The notes under the pieces: model-generated
Database searches by the model: none
The model's input: the letters and a program-made list of their open reading frames with translations, nothing else
Told to the model about the DNA's origin: nothing
Part shown: in pieces, positions 21,901 through 35,657 of the stretch
How positions within the stretch are numbered: the stretch's first letter is position 1
Layout of the letters: every line of letters begins with the position of its first letter
Translations under genes and position numbers: made by a program
NCBI GenBank assembly: GCA_050613775.1
Contig: JBODTK010000157.1
Location: 248,001-312,000 of the forward strand
Length of the DNA: 64,000 nt
Source of the DNA: Neocallimastix sp. 'constans'
Taxonomy: Eukaryota
Direction of reading: 5' to 3'

Positions 21901-22389
21901 CAAATTTTATCATCTTCGTATCATATTTCTTGATGAAAAAGTATGATAAATAAAAAGAATAGGAAGATTAATAGAGATAATTTTGAAAATATATATGTAT
22001 ATAAATAAGTTATTGCATATTTATTAAATTATTTCTTTGATAAATAATAATTACTATTAATAATAATAATTATGATAAAAAATAGATATTTATATTTTGA
22101 TAAAAAAAAGAAATCAATTTTTCATCCAAAAAGAACAATATTAAAAAAATAATAATAATAATAATAATAATATTAAGTTAAAAAATACAAAAAAAAATTA
22201 AAATTAAAAATTTTAATATCAAATAATTATTATTATTAAAATAATTTTAATTAAAAATAATTATTAAATTTTAATTAATATATTAAATTAAAATTTTATA
22301 TATATATTATGTATATGTATAATTATTAATTATTAAATATTAATTATTTTTATTAATTTTTTAACTTAAATATTAATCTTTTTTTTATC

Positions 22390-22482
<93 letters not shown>

Positions 22483-24078
22483 TTAGAAGTCAAACTATTC
22501 AAAATTTAAATAATTATTAATAAATTTATCCAAAAAGTATTTCATTTTTAATCTATTTATAAATTAAATATAATAATTAAAGTTTTAATTTTAAAAGTAA
22601 TTAATTCAATCCAATGTAATTAATTAATCTAAATATGGAAATTACCTATTACAAAATTTTAACTAAAGTTTTTTGATTCCTTTCAATCTAAATTAAAATA
22701 AATTTTAAATATATTTATATAATATATTCTATTATAGTTAATTAAATACATCTTCTATCATTCTCATCTTAAATCTAAATGAATAAACATTTGTAACCGT
22801 TTTTTTTTTTTTTTTTTTTTTCTGTAAAAATTTGATTTTTTTTTTTTTTTTTTTTTTTGATTAATGCATTCAAATTTTAACTTTATATCTTAAATAATAT
22901 GCACTATTTAATGTTTTTTTTTTTATTTTATTTTATAATAATAATACTAATTAAAATATAAAAGTTAAATTTTTACTTTATACTGAATATAATTTTTTTT
23001 TTTTTTTTGGTTTATTTGACTTTAATTAAGTTGGAAATTAATTGAGAATAATAATATTTTTAATTAATTATATTAGATTAAACTAGATATCGTTTGATTT
23101 TTATTTTTTTTTTTTTTATTTTTACAATTTTTTATATTTTCTATTAATATTTATCAAACAATATAAAAAGAAAAAAAAATCTTTATATTAATAATATTAA
23201 TATAAATAATATATATAATAATTTACAGTTTTTTTTTTCTTTTTTTGATATTATTCAAAAAAAACAAAATTTTATGTCTTTTAATATTATTGGATGATAT
23301 TAAATTACTAATAATTAAATGATCTTTAAAATTATATATATAATATCAAAGTAATTAAAAGTAAAAAAGTACAAAAAAAAATATATGTATATATAAACCT
23401 ATTTTTATTTCTTTTTTTTTTTTTTTTTTTTGTTTCTTTTTTTTATTTTTTTTTTTTTTATTTTTTTGTAATTTTTTAAAAAATAATAATATTGAACTAT
23501 TTTTATATTCGTTAAAGTAACTCTAATATGAATAACTTATAATAAAAATAGGCTTGATAATCATTGCATAAAACATTAACTAAAGAAAAAATAATAATAA
23601 ATAATAAAATAATTAATAATAATAAACTAATAAAAAAAAAACTAATAAAAAAGTAAATAATGATAAAATAAATAAATAAATAAATAATAGTAACTAATAG
23701 CAATAAAAAATATCAATAAATAATAAAAATAAAAATAAAAACTTATAATAAATATAATAATAAATACTAATAATAATAAATATTAACAATAATAATAGCA
23801 AAAAGAATAAATATTATTTATAAAATATAGTATAAAATTTATTAATCAAATAACGAAAGAAAAAAAAAATAAAAAAAATGTTACTTTAAATATATATGTT
23901 ATATAAATAAAGTACTATATAAAGTCTAAATATAAATAAAAATTATATTATAAATATAATAAAATAACATGAATAATATTTTATTGTATTTATATAATTT
24001 TTAAAGTTATACAAAAATAAGTAAAAAATAAAATGCATAAAAAATAAAAAATAAAATAAAAAATTCAAAAAAAAATTA

Positions 24079-24124
<46 letters not shown>

Positions 24125-24303
24125 GTTAAAAAAAAAATAAAAATTAAGCTTTAAAATATAAAATTAATATTATCAATAGTTAATAATCATAGTAAATATA
24201 TATGAAAACTATAGAATATATACTGAAGAAAAAATTTTCATATTTTTTATGCAATATTTTCAGCTTAAATTTTTAATATTACCATATAAAAATAGTTAAA
24301 AGT

Positions 24304-24452
24304 AATAAATATCTATTTAAATATAAATTATTTATTATTACAAATAATAAATATCTATTTAAATATAAATTATTTATTATTATAAACAATAAATATCTAT
24401 TTAAATATAAATTATTTATTATTATAAACAATAAATATCTATTTAAATATAA
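24304..24452. repeat. 42-bp tandem repeat, ~3.5 copies
   Basis: AATAAATATCTATTTAAATATAAATTATTTATTATTA.AAA. units start at 24304, 24346, 24388 and 24430. Confidence 0.9.
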
Positions 24453-26515
24453 TATAAATTATTTAAAAGATATAAAACAAATAATTTTTTGAAATGATAT
24501 AAAAAATTTATTGGGTTAAACTTTTACGGTTATATTTTATTTTTTTTTTTTTCCTATTAGTTAATAAAATAAGGCTATTATAAATTTTATATTATAATCT
24601 TAACCTTTATAATTTTATAAAAATATTTAAGGTATAGTACTGCTAATATTTCATAGTTAATTTATGGAATATGTAATAGTTTTATATTTTATGTATATAA
24701 TAGAAAAATTAAAAATTAATTCAATAAAACTTATATATAAAATATTATAGAAATCGGATAAACATAATAGCTTTAATTTGATAAGTAAGAAGAAGAAAAA
24801 AAAAAAAAAAAGGTAAAAATTTTATATTCATTAAAATAAATATGCATAAATAAAAAGTATATAAGACATTCATGTATATATAAGATATAATAATACATCA
24901 AATACATTGCATTAATTAAGTATTAAAATAAAATAAAAAAAAATTAATAATGATAATGATTAACTATTACAAAATAATTTGTTCAAATGATAATATGATA
25001 ATACACCCGAACATCAAAATACAAAATAATTTATTATAAATGTAGAAAAATTATAGTAAAAAACTAATAAATATTTTAAATTTTAATTAATACATCAATA
25101 CTAATATATACTAATACAAAAATTAAGTTTTATTTATTATAATATATTAGCAATATATTAGCAATATATAAATTTAATTTATTATTAATTAGAATATATC
25201 AAATTATTTCAAAAAAAAAATTTTTTTTTATGAAACTTCATAAAAAAATTTTTTATTTTAAAATAATAAGAACATATATGGAAATATCATATTAAATAAT
25301 ACTATATTAAACCTCAACTAATAAAAAAATTTATTTATATAAAGAAACAAATTCTCTTTTTTTTTTCTTTAAAAAAAGTTAAAAGATTGTGGTATCTTTA
25401 ACTATTTATTTATTATTATTATTATTATTACTAATAATTTTATATTATATATTATATATTATATATTTATATTCTTATTCTTATCATATTCATATTCATA
25501 TTCGTATTTATATTATCTTGTACATAAAAATAATAATAAAAAATTATTAATGTTACAAAACAATACTTATGAACTTTTTTTTTTTGCGTAAATCACAATT
25601 CAATTAAAAATAATAAATAATTTCATAAAACAGTAGTATTCTATATAAAAATATGAATATTTAAAATATTTTTCATAAATGCATTTTGTTGATTAATTTT
25701 TTATATTCACATAAAAAATTCTAAAAAATTCTATATAATATATTTATATAATAAGTTGTAATAAAAAAATTAAAAATAAAATTGTAAAAAGATATTATAA
25801 TTTTTTTTTTAAAAAAAAAAAAAAAAGAAGTATAATTATAATATTAAAGAGGTAAAATGATATTTAGATACAAAAATAAATATATTGGATAATATTATTA
25901 AATTTATCTTTATTTGTTATTTTAGAATTTTTGTTACATTTGTATGGAAATAAATTCATTCAATACCAATATATTTTTTAAAGGTATGAATAAAAATTTT
26001 AAATCATATTTTTATTTATAATATTTATAATAAAGCATTTTTTTAATTATTCTATAAATATATATGTAATATTTAGGTTAAAAAAAAAAGGAATATAAGA
26101 GAAAAAAAAATATTAAAATTTCTAAAAGTATCATTATTTAGAAATTAAATATATTATCTAGTATCTAGTGTATTAAATTGTCTTTACCAAGATATTTTTT
26201 GTATTAAAAAATTAAGATATATTTGAAAATATAACTAGTTATATAATTTATATCTATATTTTTATTAAAAAAAAAAAAAAAAAAAAAAAAAAGATTAAAT
26301 TTACAAAAAAAGCTTAAAATTTTAAAATCTATTAAGAAAAAGAGATTATGAGTAGTAAATTTTTATTAAATATCTCATTTTTTTTTAATTTTTAAGAAGC
26401 ATTATAAATTATATTATTAATTTTAAAGATAAAAGTAATTATTAAGAATTATAAAGACTTTAAAATTTTATTTTCAAATTATACAGATTAAAAAAAAAAA
26501 ATTTAATAATATAAT

Positions 26516-26553
<38 letters not shown>

Positions 26554-26596
26554 GTTAAATTTATATTTTTATAAATCATTTATAAATCATTCTAAA

Positions 26597-28480
26597 ATGA
26601 TTAAAGATTTATCGTATAATCAAAATCAAGATATCTATTCCAAAAATTTGGATAATAATAAGTTATCAAATTGTCATAATAAACCGAAATTAGAATCCAA
26701 AATAAAATCTAATCTATTAAAGTCTTTAGTCCAAAATATTGAAGATGAAACCGAAGATACCTACTATGAAAATAGTGAAAGAAGTTTTATTGAAAATTTA
26801 TCAATTTGTAAATATTCTTCAAATGGAATTATTACAGAATCATTAAATACTCCAACAATTTCAGAAATTAATGTTACTCCGGCTGTGGTATCATTAATAA
26901 ACATAAAATCAGACAATTCTGATTTAAAACAAGATTTGGAACACTACAAATCTCTTATCAATAAAAAAAATACTGTTAAAAGTAATAGTAGTAATTCCAC
27001 TAACAAAAGTAGTTCTAAAAGTAAATTCTTTAGTAGAGAATTCTTTAGTCATTTTAGACCTTTTGGTTGGTTTGATTCAAAAAAGCGTAATAATGGAAAA
27101 ATTGAAAATTCAAGCAGTTTATCTCAATCTTCAACTATAAATTATGATGATTGTAATAATGAAACTGACGAAAGCAGTAGTAGTTTAAATAATAATAAAG
27201 ACCAAACCGATAATGAAAAAAGCGAAATTACATTAATTTCATCTCATCAAATAAATTTTGAATTTTCAAATATTGTGGCTAATTCATCTAATTCTAAAGA
27301 GAGTAGTAGTAATCCAAAACCATTCATTGATTCTAAGTTACATAATTCAGCAAATAAAGAACATAAAAATAAGAAGCAAGTTTTAGATAATAAAATATTA
27401 TTGAATAATTCCGAAGATAATACTTTATTAAACGTTAATAAAAACGAAAATAAAAGTGAAACTGAAACTGGAAATGAAATTAAAGACATAAATGGCAATA
27501 GTAATGAAAATATCTATAAGAATGAAAATATTTTAGATAAGAATTCTATTGGCATATCAGCTTCTGAATCGATGATTTCCAATAATGATAAAAACGAGAA
27601 TAACAGTAAACAAATCTTCAAAAACAACAGCAATAAAGAAAAAGTCTTTGAAAATGACATAGAGGATTCTTCTTTATTTTCTAGTTCTACTCTTTTTACT
27701 GAGAATCTTGCATTCACTGAAATTCCAACCAATATTAAAAACGTTGATAATTGTTCCCATAAAAATGATAGTGGAGATATATATAAAATTAAAAAAATTA
27801 ATAAATATCATACATTAGGTACAAGTAGTCCAAATTTTGAAAATAAAAAATCTAATGAAAATATTGAAAATATTCAACCAGTAGATAGTATTGAGACTGG
27901 TAAAGAAAAAGTTAGTGATATAATAAATAAAATGGAAAAAAATATGGAATTAGGTGATGATAAAATTATTGAATCTGAAGATTCATCTAATATTTCTACC
28001 TCAGAAATAGCATTACTCGAATATGAAACTGAAAGTGAAGTTTATATTTCAAATAAAATGAATAATTTTGATTCTGATATTGAAGTTGAAATTATTGCTA
28101 TTTCTTCCCCAAAATCTGAAAATGAAAATAATGATGATCCTAAGAATGAAAACATTAATGAAAATGAAAATGATAGTTATAATAATAATACTCTTGATAG
28201 CTCCTCATCTGAATCAAAGCAAGAAAAAACTATTAATAATAATGAAATTAATGGTCTTAAAATAAATAATTTAGATTGTAATAATTTTGTTAATGATGTT
28301 AATGACAAAAATGAAATATATTCTAATAAAACATACAATATCAATGAAAAAGATATTGATACAAAAGAATATATCGATTTAATAAATAATTTTAATAATA
28401 CACAAATCAATAATGTGAAAGAAGATAGTGAATCCACTTCTCTCCCAATTCATCCTAAAAATGATATTTTAAATATCAAT

Positions 28481-28521
<41 letters not shown>

Positions 28522-31500
28522 AATTATTAATAACCAGGATATAAATTTAAATGATCAAAATATAGACACATCGTCTTTCACTTCACAAAATATTGAAAGT
28601 ATTATTAATAGTAATAATAATAATAATAATAAAATAAATAATAACAAACAAAATAAATCAAACATAATACCACATTCAATTAACACCACAATTTTATCAG
28701 AAAATGATAAAAATATAATTTCTTCCCAAAAAGATTCTTTAAATACAAATATAGACATATCTACACTTACTTTATTAAGTAAATCAAATGATACAACATC
28801 GATTAATACTCATAAATTATCTATAAACAATAGTGATGATCATTCTGGTTTGATATCAGATGAATTATCACAAAATTCTTTATACGTTAAAAATACCGAA
28901 TATAAGAATAATTTAGTTTTAAACAAAGATTCAAATCATAACGCATTAGCAACTATACAACAACCATTCCTTATTAAAAGCGATTCAGATGTTAGTAATA
29001 TTGAATTAAATATTAATGATAATAATAACTTTATAAATATTAATAATAATCAATTAGATCTCAAAATAAATCAACATAATATTTCAACTATAAATTCTAA
29101 AAATACAGAAGAAATTGAAATAAATGATATTGAAAAGACGTCATCTAAGGGTATAAGTAATATATCAGAAAATGAAAATCATAATAATCTTCGCGATTCC
29201 TACAATTCATTCAATAATTTAAATACTGATAATGAATTTATTAGTAGTAATGATCATGAACAACTTAATAAAATTAACGAAAAAATTTCATCAACTATTA
29301 ATGAACAATTAAAAATTGAAAATAATAAAAATAATAACCCTTCACTCGACGCTCCAATCTTGTTAAATAATAAAAATGAAGGTATCACTGAAATCAAAAA
29401 TGCTCAAACGGGTATAGAAAATATTATAGAGTATGTTAAAACTGAAATTGAAGAAACGGACACTGAATATATTACAACTGAAATTAAAGAAGTAACAAGT
29501 ACAGTTCCTTTACCTGCATTGGATGAAATATCATCTATAGTAGTGTCTCCTGAAATGGGTGAAATATCATCTATAGTTGCTTCCCCTGAAATGGGTGAAA
29601 TATCATCTATAGTTGCTTCCCCTGAAATGGGTGAAATATCACAAATAGTTGCCTCCCCTGAAATGGGTGATATATCACCAATAGTTGCCTCCCCTGAAAT
29701 GGATGAAATATCACCAATAGTTTCCTCACCTGAAATGAACGAAATTAATAATGAACCTACTAAGCTAAACGATGAAAAAATAAAGATTGAAGATAAAAAG
29801 GTTGAAGAGATAACACCAGATATTAAACTTGAAGAAAAATTAGATAATGACAATAGCTTTGACATCCAAGATGAAAATATAAGTGTTAGAAGAAGAAGAA
29901 ATCAAAATCAATTAAAGTCTGTTTTGAAGACTCGAAATCGTCACTCATTCCCAGAATGTGGTGCTAATTCACTTGAACTGTCACTTCTTACACATATTCC
30001 ATTAAATCAAATTGGAGACAAAGAAAATAAGATTGGTATTCCAGGTGTCGAAACTATTGTTGTACGTCAAAGAAGAAAATCTGTCAATTTTGATAGAAAT
30101 GCCTTCGAAAAGGTTTGTTACTTCACTTCTACAGAAAAGCCAGAAGATATTCATTCACGTGATGTTCAAATCAAAGAAGATGAACAATCTTCAAATTCAA
30201 TTCAAACCTTATTAAATACAGAAGTTCAAAAATTGGTATCGGATGAGGTTACGGGAAAAGGAGAATACAGTAATTTAGGTAAAAATGCCTCCAATATTTC
30301 TTCATCTACCATAGTTAATGTAAACAATTCAATTTCTGAATCTGATGTCAACAATACTACCAGTAATCAACCTTCAGAAAGTGGTGACACTAGCATTAGT
30401 AGTTCTACTTTTGATGTTATTGTAGAGCCATCTACTTTAGCCGACTTAAATATTAGTTCTGAAGAATATAATGGAAAAATTCCAATTACTTCATTACCTT
30501 CATTAACTTCTTTATCTACTATATCCGATTCAATTTCAATCTCAAAGGATTCAGCATCCTCTTCCACCAATACCCTTTCTATTACTATCAAAGCGGAAAT
30601 TGAACAAGAAATTAAAAATAAATGTCTTCTCAAAGATTCCTCCTTAAAGCTTAATGATCCTTCTTCTTCATGGTCACCAATTCCAAGAAATGTGATTCAT
30701 TTACCAAAAATTAAGCATAAAGCTAAGGATTGGGAACCTCATATTGTTATTGAAAGCTTTGAATTGGTACCAAGATTTGAGGGACAAACTCAAGATATGT
30801 GGGATGTATTACAAGTTAAATTGAAGGTTCAAAATCTGGATTACCATAAAAAGGTGTTTATTCGTTATTCTACCGACGCATGGGCCAGCTATAAAGAAGA
30901 AGAAGCTAAATATAGTTGTTGTATTCGTAAGGCTATTCAAAATCAAGATAATTCGTACAACTGCTATGGAACACAAAAAACCGTTGGTCTTGACCGTTTC
31001 ATTGCAAAAATTGATGCTTCTAGTTACTTTGTGTTACCAGATTGCGGAAGACATACTTGTATGCAACGTCCAACAACAATGCTTCTCGTCGCTAGGTATG
31101 AAGTTCAAGGAACTACCTATTGGGATAATAATCATTTCACGGATTATAAATTAGAATTAGTTAGAATTCCAGCTGGTTATGATGTTCCACGTCATCATGG
31201 ATATTCTAAAGTCGGAGATGCTTCTATTATTTCATGTGCAGCATGTGCTGAAGAAAAACGTGAAGCAGAATTAGCTAAAATTAGAAAATTACAAAAAGAA
31301 GATGAAAAAGAAAAGAAAGAAAGAACTAAGGTTCGTCACTTGGGTGGTGGAAAAGCATTACTTTCTAATAACTTTTCAGTTATGGATTCTAATTCCAATA
31401 AAGATTTCTCCATGGATCCAAATAATATTTATGCTAAGGAATTAATGAAAAAGAATGAAAATAAAAAGAAAGCTACTCCTACTCATACTACTACTACAAC

Positions 31501-32262
31501 TACTACTATCAAGTCAACTGATAAAAAGAAAGAATCCTCAATTCATGATAAAAAATCAAAAATAAACACTATCAATAATAAGGATTCATCCTCCTCTTTA
31601 TCAAAATCTACTATAGATAACCAAAATAACTATCGTAAGTTTAAAATTTATATATATATATATATATTAACTGTAAAATGATATTTATTTATATATATTC
31701 AAATTTATTTATTTATATATATTTATATTTATTTATTTATATTTATTTATTTATTTATATTTATTTATTTATTTATATTTATTTATTTATTTTATTTATA
31801 TTTATTTATTTATTTTATTTATTTATTTATATTTTATTTATTTATTTTATTTATTTATTTATTTATTTTATTTATTTATTTTATTTATTTATTATATTTA
31901 TATATTTATGTATTTATTTATTTATTTATTTATTTATTAAACCATTATTTACATTATTTTTATTATTTTTATTATTTTCATTAATATTATTATCTATCTA
32001 TCTTATTCATTCAGAAGATTATCATAGTAATTATGTACCATGTATGTATTCGTATGATCCATATTCATCTGATTATAATTCAAGTATGTCAGGATCATCG
32101 CTTTATTCTTCTGACTTTTCTGATGTTTACACATATGGAGGAGGAATTTCAGAATATGATTCATCATACTATACGAGTGATTATTCATATAATCCAAATC
32201 CATATTTATCATATGGTAATACTGTTTCTTCTACAAAAAACAGTAATAATGATACTAATAAC

Positions 32263-32302
<40 letters not shown>

Positions 32303-32847
32303 GTAATATTAACAATAATGAAACACCATATGGTTATGGAAGATCTAGATCCTACTCTACTGGATCAATTTATTCATCTGATTATTATCAAAGAAAGAAT
32401 TATTTCGGTAATGATAATTCATCAGAATATTCAGTTTATTCAGCAAATAAGAATTCTTATGTTTCATCTATGAAACAAACTATAATTACAAATAATGAAG
32501 CATCAACCAATTCTATTGAGGGAAACATCGATAATAATAGTAATAAGAATATTAACACTTCCAATCTTTCAACTGTAACTACCAATTATGCAAATTCTTA
32601 TAATCCTTCCTATCAATATAATTATAATTTTGGTGCTAATCAAACAAATGAATCTTCCAGTGGAAACGATAATAAAATAGATTCATCTTCTCAAAGTTAT
32701 AATCCAAGATACGGTAGTAGTAAATATAATTTATACAATTACGATACTTTATATTCAAATTCACCAATGAGTAATTTGTATAATGGTTACTCTACCTATA
32801 ATAACGTGAATTCTTCTATGTTAACTGATACGAATGCATTCTATTAA
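26597..32847 (+). CDS. Glycogen-targeting protein phosphatase 1 regulatory subunit (Gac1/PPP1R3-like) with CBM21, ~1956 aa
   Basis: Exons 26597-31634 and 32015-32847 (GTAAGT..TTCAG, phase 1, in frame). SILK-like LKSVLK, RVxF motif RRKSVNF, and CBM21 signature LKVQNLDYHKKVFIRYSTDAW...ARYEVQGTTYWDNNHFTDYKL. Confidence 0.88.
29522..29746 (+). repeat. Coding 36-bp tandem repeat, 6 copies of (G/D)EISSIVASPEM
   Basis: Visible in both DNA (GAAATATCA...ATAGTTGC.TCCCCTGAAATG) and protein. Confidence 0.95.
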
Positions 32848-33103
32848 TATTATGATAATAATTTTAATGAAAAAAAATTATAAAAATTATCAATTAATAA
32901 TTATACAAATAATTAAAAAAAAAATAATAATAATGAAATAAAAAAAAAATTAAATTAAACTTATATATATACATATAGTTGTGTATATATACATATGTAA
33001 AGAACAAAAATGAAAAATATAAAATTAAAAAAAAAATATGAAAAAAGTTCAATTAACCAAAAAAAAATAAAAAAAAAAATTCTTATATTCCATATACTAT
33101 CAA

Positions 33104-33145
<42 letters not shown>

Positions 33146-33673
33146 TAATAATAATAATAATAATAATAAAGTAAATCTAAAATCCAATATATACCATATA
33201 CTACTAATTAATTACATACAAAAATGCATAAAAATTATAAAATATTATATAATTATTACATATAAACCATAAAATATTTACATAATTACATATAAAATAC
33301 ATACACATATACAGATAAACCATTGAATATTTTACATAATAATATAATAACATAAAAAAAAATGCATACAAATTCATATAAACCGTAAAAATATTACCCA
33401 ATTTTGACATATAATTTAAAAAAAAAAAAAAAAAAATACTGATTGAAAAGAAAAAAATAATAAGGGTATATTTTTTTTTTATTATGTTTTTTTTCTTATT
33501 TAAAAAAAAAAATAAAAAAAAATAAAAAAAAATAAGTATAAATAGTATATATATATGTAATTTTTTTTTATTTAAAAAAGAAAGAAACATAGATTAATTA
33601 TTAATATTTGTTTTAGATATTAATGTTATGAAGTATTTTTTTATTTAATTATGATTAATAATATCAACAAATA

Positions 33674-33706
<33 letters not shown>

Positions 33707-33801
33707 ATAATAATAAATATAATAATAATATTAATATTAATATAAAATTTAATGTATATATATAATATTTTTTTATTTAAGAATTAAAAAAAAAATTGAT
33801 A

Positions 33802-33837
<36 letters not shown>

Positions 33838-34047
33838 ATCATTTATATAATATGTATTTGTTGTCATAAAAAATTAATCCTAATACTTTTTTTAATCTTT
33901 ATAATTTAATTATTAATATTTAATTTTTTAATATTTTAAATATTAAAAAAAAAAAATAATAACAATATTTTTGAAAAAAAAATTATTGCAAATAATTTTT
34001 ATAATAATAAAAAAAAAAAGTTACAAAAGCAAATAATTTTTGTAAAA

Positions 34048-34101
<54 letters not shown>

Positions 34102-34657
34102 AAAAAAAATAAAAAAAATAAAAATAAAATAAAAAAAATAAAAAAAAATTAAAAAAAAAAAAATATATATATATATTAAAATTATATAGAGTTTTTTTTT
34201 TTTTTTTGGTTGGTTTATTTTTATTAAAATAATTTATTAATTTATTAAAACTTTTAATATTTCAAAATATTTCAATTCATTAGTATTATTTCTTTTGTAT
34301 GTATATTTATAATTATTATATCTCTTAACATCCTTTCTAAACGTGTATATATATATTTATCATTGTAATTCTTTTTTTTTTTTTTTTTTTTTATTGAAGT
34401 AAATAATAAAAAAAAAAAAAAGAAAAAAAAAAAATAAAGTAAAGAATTTATTGAATATAATCACCAATTTTGTTTTAATTTATTCATTAAATAATAATAG
34501 TAGAATTAGTGATAGTAAAAATAAAAATATTAATATTAGTGATAGTGAAAATATCATATTATCATTACTACTACTACTAATTTAGTGAATAGTTCAATTG
34601 GTGAAAATGGTGCTAATTTTTTTTTTTTTTTTTTTTAAGTAAATTTTCTGACTAATG

Positions 34658-34973
34658 AGTGTATAAATATATATGTGACGTGGTACCGATGATATAACTT
34701 CTTCTCTCTTCTTTGTGGAAGAGACTTAACAGAAATTATACCTTCGGGGCTAGTACTCAGCAAATAGAGGTTACTATACCGAAAATATAAGCGCAAACTA
34801 ACCAGGAGCATCAACACTGAAAATGCAGTAAGACAGGAGAGCAGGGCCAATGCCTCTGAAGGAGAAGACTATAAGACTATAATTTCTTTCAGATAGTCAA
34901 TTCAAATCCTAATCCATAAAGAGAAGAGGTTCGTTGCATAGGGAACTTTTTTCTGAATTTATTTATACACTTT
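34658..34973 (-). mobile_element. Second, inverted copy of the dispersed repeat family
   Basis: 34863-34973 is the reverse complement of 15491-15592. The GC-rich island is bracketed by a 12-bp inverted repeat AGTGTATAAATA (34658-34669) / TATTTATACACT (34960-34971). The minus strand ends ...CACGTCACA at 34674. Confidence 0.65.
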
Positions 34974-35593
34974 ATTTTCTGAACGTTACTTCTTTATTTT
35001 GCGTTACTATTTACTATTTCAATTATTATTATGTTCATATTGAGCAAATAATTCTATGTTTTTTATTTTTGTTATTAAAATTAAAAGTATTAATGTAATT
35101 TATAAAAGAATAAAAAAAATAAAAATTAAAGTTAAAATTGCAATTATAAAAATTTTGCAATGCGGCTATAAAATAAAGTCATATACTTTTAAGATAATTC
35201 TATGCAATTATAAATAAATATATAAATGTTTAAATAATTAAATATACAATTAAATAATAAAGAAAAATTGCAATAAATATATTTTAATATATAAATAAAT
35301 AAATAAATATATTTAAATATAAATTAATTATTATTAAATAATAATTTCAAAAGAAATAATAATATATTCTATTAAAAGAAGATTAATAAAAAAATATTTT
35401 TTATAAAAAATTACTTTCACAATTGAATATTATTTATTTATTTATAAAAAAATATGACTCCATTTTTTTTTTTGTTTTAACCTTTATTAATATATAAGGG
35501 TTAGATTAATTATAGGTTAGGTAATTATTTTTTCTTTATTATAAATTGCTTTTTTTTTTTTTTATTTTAATCAAAAAAAAAAAAAAAAATTAA

Positions 35594-35657
35594 AATTGAT
35601 CCGTTTAGTATTATTGAATTTTTTCAATCCTCAACAAGCGGATTAATTGATACATTT
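35594..35657 (+). ncRNA. Candidate structured RNA hairpin (H/ACA-like)
   Basis: 13-bp stem AATTGATCCGTTT/AAGCGGATTAATT that is perfect only with two G-U pairs on the + strand, internal loop AGTATT/CCTCAAC, upper stem ATTGAA/TTCAAT, then ACA at 35652-35654. Confidence 0.3.

Noticed and set aside
24304..24452. 42-bp repeats, and the 36-bp coding repeats at 29522, as a CRISPR-like array
   Set aside because: Head-to-tail with no unique spacers, no cas genes, and a eukaryotic context.
27247..31154. Antisense and alternative-frame ORFs inside the CBM21 gene, including 29404-29865
   Set aside because: Shadows of the long + strand ORF and its 36-bp repeat; no independent motifs.
31678..32014. Hydrophobic N-terminus of ORF 31678-32847, suggesting a membrane protein
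   Set aside because: It is an (ATTT)n-rich intron (31635-32014); the remainder is exon 2 of the CBM21 gene.
33204..33590. 128-aa minus-strand ORF, plus ORFs 23512, 48709, 53904 and 56109
   Set aside because: Phe/Ile/Tyr-rich translations of AT-rich UTR, intron or intergenic sequence with no motifs.
35495..35525. Telomerase RNA template or interstitial telomere
   Set aside because: Only single 8-nt matches; no tandem TTAGGG array and no 1.5-repeat template.
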